Assembly: GCA_951406725.2 (NCBI GenBank)
Contig: OX597839.1
Coordinates: 5,084,001 to 5,148,000, forward strand
DNA length: 64,000 bases
Direction of reading: 5' to 3'
From: Octopus vulgaris
Taxonomy: Eukaryota
A model generated the notes under the pieces. That model had not been told where the DNA came from. It searched no databases and saw only the letters and a program-made list of their open reading frames with translations. The translations under genes and the position numbers were made by a program. Below, in pieces: positions 58,284-64,000 of this stretch; position 1 is the first letter of the stretch, and each line of letters opens with the position of its first letter.

Positions 58284-58700
58284 AGGCGCAGGAGTGGCTG
58301 TGTGGTAAGTAGCTCGTTTACCAACCACATGGTTCCGGGTTCAGTCCCACTGCGTGGCACCTTGGGCAAGTGTCTTCTACTATAATGTAGGGCTGACCAA
58401 AGCCTTGTGAGTGGATTTGGTAGACGGAAACTGAAAGAAGCCCGTCGTATATATATGTATATATATATTTGTGTGTGTGTGTTTGTGTGTCTGTGTTTGT
58501 CCCCCTAGCATTGCTTGACAACCGATGCTGGTGTGTTTATGTCCCCGTCACTTAGCGGTTCGGCAAAAGAGACCGATAGAATAAGTACTTGGCCTCCAAA
58601 GAATAAGTCCCGGGGTCGAGTTGCTCGATTAAAGGCGGTGCTCCAGCATGGCCGCAGTCAAAATGACTGAAACAAGTAAAAAGAGAAAAAGAGAAAAGAG
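58284..58700 (+). mobile_element. SINE family C, full length
   Basis: A-box-like TGGCTGTGTGG, B-box-like GGTTCAGTCCC, CORE-like CACCTTGGGCAAGTG, internal (TA)(TG) run, (AAAGAG)n tail. Confidence 0.88.
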
Positions 58701-58804
58701 AATAATAATAATAATGATAATAATAATGATAATGATAATAAAATGCTGCCAAGCACTTTGCCCAAAGTGCTAACGATTCTGGCAGCTCACCGCCTTAATA
58801 GTAA

Positions 58805-58860
<56 letters not shown>

Positions 58861-58892
58861 ATCTTTCTACTATAGGCACAAGGCTTTAATAC

Positions 58893-59052
58893 GTAAGTTT
58901 CTTTTAGGCATTCACTAGTACAACACTAAGTACAAAACCAAATATATGGCACCCTAGGCATAACACCAACATGAACTTCCAAGTTGTCTCTTGAGGTCTC
59001 TGGTAGAGACTTGGAGCCAGCTTGTGCAAATGTAAAGCAAAAGTCAAACATA

Positions 59053-59118
<66 letters not shown>

Positions 59119-59289
59119 TAATAATAATACGTATGTTGTTTTAGGCATTCACTAGTACAACACTAAGTACAAAACCAAATATATGGCACCCTAGGCATAA
59201 CACCAACATGAACTTCCAAGTTGTCTCTTGAGGTCTCTGGGTGAGACTTGGAGCCAGCTTGTGCAAATGTAAAGCAAAAGTCAAACATA

Positions 59290-59340
<51 letters not shown>

Positions 59341-59385
59341 TGATGATGATGATAATACTACGAATAATAATAATAATAATAATAA
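58893..59385 (+). mobile_element. Two tandem Dong/R4-type 3' UTR copies, each with an (AAT)n tail
   Basis: 58902-59055 is near-identical to 59139-59293; both match 55400-55537. Confidence 0.75.
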
Positions 59386-59835
59386 CAAAAATGATATACA
59401 GTGTTTGATAGAAGACAGAAAATATAACAGACATGGAACATGACAAAAATTCCTTTGGCAAAAAATAAAAGGCTATATCTTAGTAGTAGTGGCGGTGGTG
59501 GGGGGCATGTTGGTAGTAGTCGTTGTAGTATTAGTTTTTTTTATTGTTCGTGATGTTGCTGTCGTAGTTACTCACTTTAATTTGTTTGTGCCATTTCAAG
59601 AAATTCGTGCCGTAATTACGTAATTATCTGATTGACTGTACAACCCCCTATTGACAATGTCGGTAGCACTGTTTTTTGCTGCTGTTGTTGATATTTTTGC
59701 TGTTGCTGGTGGTGATGATGACGATGACGATGATGATGATGTTCTTGTTTATGTAAGCCGTTTTGTTGCTGCTGTTGATGCCGTTTCTATTAGGTAATAT
59801 TGTTGTAGTTGTCAGTGTTGTTATTGTTGTTGCTG

Positions 59836-60216
59836 TGGAGGTGCAATGGCCCAGTGGTTAGGGCAGCAGACTCGCGGTCATAAGATCGCGGTTTCGATTC
59901 CCAGACCGGGCGTTGTGAGTGTTTATTGAGCGAAAACACCTAAAGCTCCACGAGGCTCCGGCAGTGGGTGGTGATCCCTGCTGTACTCTTTCACCACACC
60001 TTTCTCTCACTCTTTCTTCCTGTTTCTGTTGTACCTGTATTTCAAAGGGCCGGCCTTGTCACTCTCTGTGTCACGCTGAATATCCCCGAGAACTACGTTA
60101 AGGGTACACGTGTCTGTGGAGTGCTCAGCCACTTACACGTTAATTTCACGAGCAGGCTGTTCCGTTGATTCGGATCAACCGGAACCCTCGTCGTCGTAAC
60201 CGACGGAGTGCTTCCA
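59836..60216 (+). mobile_element. SINE family A with 14-bp TSD
   Basis: TSD TATTGTTGTTGCTG at 59822-59835 and 60217-60230. Confidence 0.9.
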
Positions 60217-60245
60217 TATTGTTGTTGCTGCTGCTGTTGCTGTTG

Positions 60246-60579
60246 CGCGAAGCGGTCTCCGTCCGTAGTGGGAGAAGTCCGATACGTGGTCCTTTGCTAT
60301 TCGTAAGACCCGCAGAAGAGAAAGCAGGTCAACCCCCGAAACCGAGAGCATTCAGGCTCAGCGGCTGCGTAGTAAGTCGGGGACAAGTAACAGGAAGAAA
60401 GAGTGAGAGAAAGTTAGCGGGAAAGAGTAAAACAGGGGTCGCCACCACCCCCTGCCGGAGCCTCATGGTGCTTTAGGTGTTTTTGCTCAATAAACACACA
60501 CAACGCCCGGTCTGGGAATCCAAACCGCGATCCTCCGACCGCGAGCCCGTTGCCCTAACCACTGGGCCATTGAGCCTCC
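60246..60579 (-). mobile_element. SINE family A2, full length
   Basis: Same head as family A for about 190 nt, then a different 3' half shared with 7982-8150. Confidence 0.85.
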
Positions 60580-61106
60580 TGTTGTTGCTGCTCTAAAGGG
60601 TTCATACGGCTATAGTTATTACAGCTAGTGTTACAGTTGTAATAACTGTTTCTACTAGTTGTAGTAGTAGTATTAGTGGTGGTGGTGGTGCTGGTTGTGG
60701 TGGTGGCGTGCCTACAGCTATTAATGTGATTGGTGAGGGAGAACATTGTATTATTATCATATAAACAAATCGGAAATGGTATACTTAAATTTAACCGTCG
60801 TATAAATAAACTAGAAACACTATACATACATAAAACTCTCATATAAAAAATACAAATGATTTAATCACATATAACTGTGCAACAAACAAAGCAGAGATGT
60901 TGGTAGATGTAATTCCGCTATCAAGATTTGAATGACCCGATGCTATAGTAGAACTCAATTACTCAAGATGTCGTTCAGTGTAACTGAATGTGGAGCCATG
61001 TGGTTAGGTTAGGAAACAAACTTTTTTTCCCACAGCTAAGCATACATATTAATCACCTATTTTCTACAAGACTTCACGTTTTGCGCCCTTTATAACTCGG
61101 GACGCC

Positions 61107-61324
61107 CTTCGGTCACGACACTGACCATGGGATTGCACCGAGAAAGTTACCCTCCTCGTCACAAGTCTGGGCAAGGTGGTTTATGGAAGACGAGCAGTCG
61201 CCCATGCATACCGGCCTCACCTCTCCACGACGCCACCAGTGATATCCAAGCTCGATAACAATATTCGAACTCACAACCTCACGATCGTAAGTTCGACGCT
61301 CTAACCACTGAGCCATGCGCCTTC
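61107..61324 (-). mobile_element. SINE family D, internally deleted
   Basis: Minus strand GAAGGCGCATGGCTCAGTGGTTAGAGCG..GTGAGTTCGAA; the 3' half matches 21276-21390. Confidence 0.75.
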
Positions 61325-61404
61325 ACTATTTTATAACTACTGCCTTACTAACATATAGAACAAGCCAATATGGACTTTTCAGATTTCGGAGTATTCTATA
61401 ATAC

Positions 61405-61627
61405 CCGTGAGCAGACAAGATTTCAAATGCAATTTGCCGAAGGACAAGAAGCCGAACGGACACTATGCCGAACGGAACTAAAAACCGGACGGATATATTA
61501 ATAAAAAAAATCCTACCTACATGATTGAATTTTCGTATGTTTTTTCGGCATCTTGTCCTTTCGGCATTGTGTCCGTTCGGCTTCTTAGCTTCGGTTTCTT
61601 GCCCTTGGGCATCTCGTCGGTGTACGA
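61405..61627. mobile_element. MITE-like element with ~15-bp subterminal repeats in inverted orientation
   Basis: AAGAAGCCGAACGGACAC.ATGCCGAA (about 61446) is inverted to TTCGGCATTGTGTCCGTTCGGCTTCTT (about 61560). Confidence 0.6.
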
Positions 61628-61826
61628 TATTTCCAGAATAGTAGTTTTGCCTGAGGATTGCCAATTTCAGAAAGGCATTAATTAGTAAAACATGAAACTC
61701 AGAGACATGGCGTATGTTACAAAGTATTGTATCATTTATATATAGTTCACTCTGCTCAGGTATTGATTACACTACTTTGTTCATGTACAATCCTTTATAT
61801 TCTATATATTCATACACATACATACA

Positions 61827-61890
<64 letters not shown>

Positions 61891-62028
61891 TTATCCTATT
61901 TCTGCAATTTCGGTATGCAAATTCTAGTTCATTGTATTTGTATACAATAGCGATTGAATTGGTTTAAATTGAATTAAATCGACGAAGAAATGCAAAACGA
62001 AAGTGATAATAATAATAATAATAATAAC

Positions 62029-62077
<49 letters not shown>

Positions 62078-62617
62078 GAATAATTCTTTTATTCTTTTTT
62101 TACTTTTTATCCTAGTTTTTCTCTTCAATTCTGGAGAATGTTCGTGAAATCATTTCATTAATTCTACAATATTGTGTCAATTTTCATATTTTCCTATTCT
62201 TTTCTGTTCTTATGGTTTCTCAATTCTTTCTCTGTACATCACACATTTCTTCAAATATATATCTGTCTATCTATTTATTTCATTGTGATGCGCTTTCACA
62301 ATATTTTTACTGTTTTTTGTTTTTTGTCCTACCTTATCATCAATAACGTCTATATTCCATTAATTTTGTATATATATATATATTATATATGTATGTATGT
62401 GCATATATATGTGTGTATATAAATATATGTACATATATCTTTGTGTGTATACATGTATATGGATAAGAGTTATGAATATATATGAATAAATATGTTTATA
62501 CATACATGAATACATTTGTATACATACATGCACATACATAAATACAAACATATATATGCGTGTGTTTGTGTGCGTACAAATATGTAGAACAGCAATACAT
62601 ATGCACACATATATATG

Positions 62618-62660
<43 letters not shown>

Positions 62661-62902
62661 GCATATTCATACATATATATATATATATATAAATATACAT
62701 GCATATTCATACATATATATATATATATATTATATATAAATATAATTATATATATATATATAAATATAATTATATATATATAAATATAATTATATATATA
62801 TATATATAAATATAATTATATATATATATAAATATAATTATATATATATATAAATATAATTATATATATATATAAATATAATTATATATATATATATAAA
62901 TA

Positions 62903-62945
<43 letters not shown>

Positions 62946-63394
62946 CGAAAAAAATCAGGAACAAAACAAGCTAAATTAATTTATCCAGACAATTTCCTTT
63001 AATATGCAGCTTAAATTTACCACGTTTGTCATTGTCCGTATCTTTCACCATCTCCTCTCCATCCTCATTATCTCTTCCAAGGATTCTATTTAAAGCTAAA
63101 TCTAGTGCCCTTCATTCTAATTCCTCTGTCACATTTTCTCTTCCTCTCTCTCTCTTTTCCTCATTTTTATTATTTTTTTTTTCTCGCTTTGTCTATGTCA
63201 GTGAACAACCCAAATTATTTTATGAAATATATTTATTCTCGGCGTGGATGCCGTCGTGTGATTACGAAGCTAGATGTGCAACCAGGCGGCTGCAGTCAAC
63301 TGGTTTGGAATCACTACGCGGCACATAATGCACGTGCTTTTTGCCCTGGGCCTAGGACCAATGGATGACTTAGGAGTAGATTTAGTAGTCAGAA

Positions 63395-63823
63395 ACATAC
63401 ATACATACGTAAATACATACAAACATACACACACACACAAGCATATATGCATACACACAGAAGTATATGCATACACAGATACATACATACATACATACAT
63501 ACATGAATACATACATACATACATGCATGCATACATGCAAGCATACATACATACATACATACATACATACATACATACATACATAAATACATACATACAT
63601 GCATGCATACATACAATTATACATACATACGTACATGCATGTATACATACATGCATGCATCATACATGCATACATGCATACATACATGCAAACATACATG
63701 CATACATACATACATAACATACATACATGTATACATACATACATGCATACATACATGCATACATACATACATACATACATACATACATACATACATACAT
63801 ACATGCATACGTACATACATACA
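63395..63823. repeat. (CATA/CATG)n
   Basis: Read directly from the sequence. Confidence 0.95.
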
Positions 63824-63828
63824 TGGCC

Positions 63829-64000
63829 AGCGCCATGATAGATCGATAGCCATTACACATTTTTTCTCTCCTTGTTTTCTGTGTTCCTTTCTGTAGAAGA
63901 GCGTAGGCTCGAAACGTAAAATACTTTTTCTATTCCTCAGCGTTATAATAATACATCTGTATGTTTTGTACACCACCTGCCTTCGTCTTTTGTTTTTTTC
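63829..64000 (+). mobile_element. Repeat family H3 with a minimal HHR at 63888-63921
   Basis: TTT-CTGTAGA-A-GAGC-GTAG-GCTC-GAAA-CG-TA-AAA; the element runs off the window end. Confidence 0.75.

Noticed and set aside
61651-61680. CTGAGGA...GAAA hammerhead candidate
   Set aside because: Stem II is only 2 bp and stem I is absent.

Overview
AT-rich, microsatellite-saturated eukaryotic DNA. The SINE repertoire and (TA)n/(CA)n/(AAT)n density suggest an octopus or other coleoid cephalopod; this is inference, not database-checked. I see no intact host gene; almost all long ORFs in the track are translated microsatellites. Recognisable content: four tRNA-derived SINE families, several with exact target-site duplications (TSDs); a decayed Penelope-like element (RT + GIY-YIG); a mariner remnant split by a 381-bp retro-insert; CR1-, RTE- and Dong/R4-type LINE fragments; two Helitron-like elements; and MITE-like pieces. 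The main signal is a set of short non-coding, (TA)n-flanked, often fold-back elements carrying type I hammerhead ribozyme (HHR) motifs with a very short palindromic stem III. One family shows compensatory base changes between copies (7551-7640 vs 12625-12710). One element carries two back-to-back HHRs with the core C3-G8 pair swapped to G3-C8 and is inserted, with a 13-bp TSD, into loop II of another HHR element (20482-21222). A third family has an A6U core. All folding and alignment was done by eye; boundaries are approximate and cleavage activity is untested.
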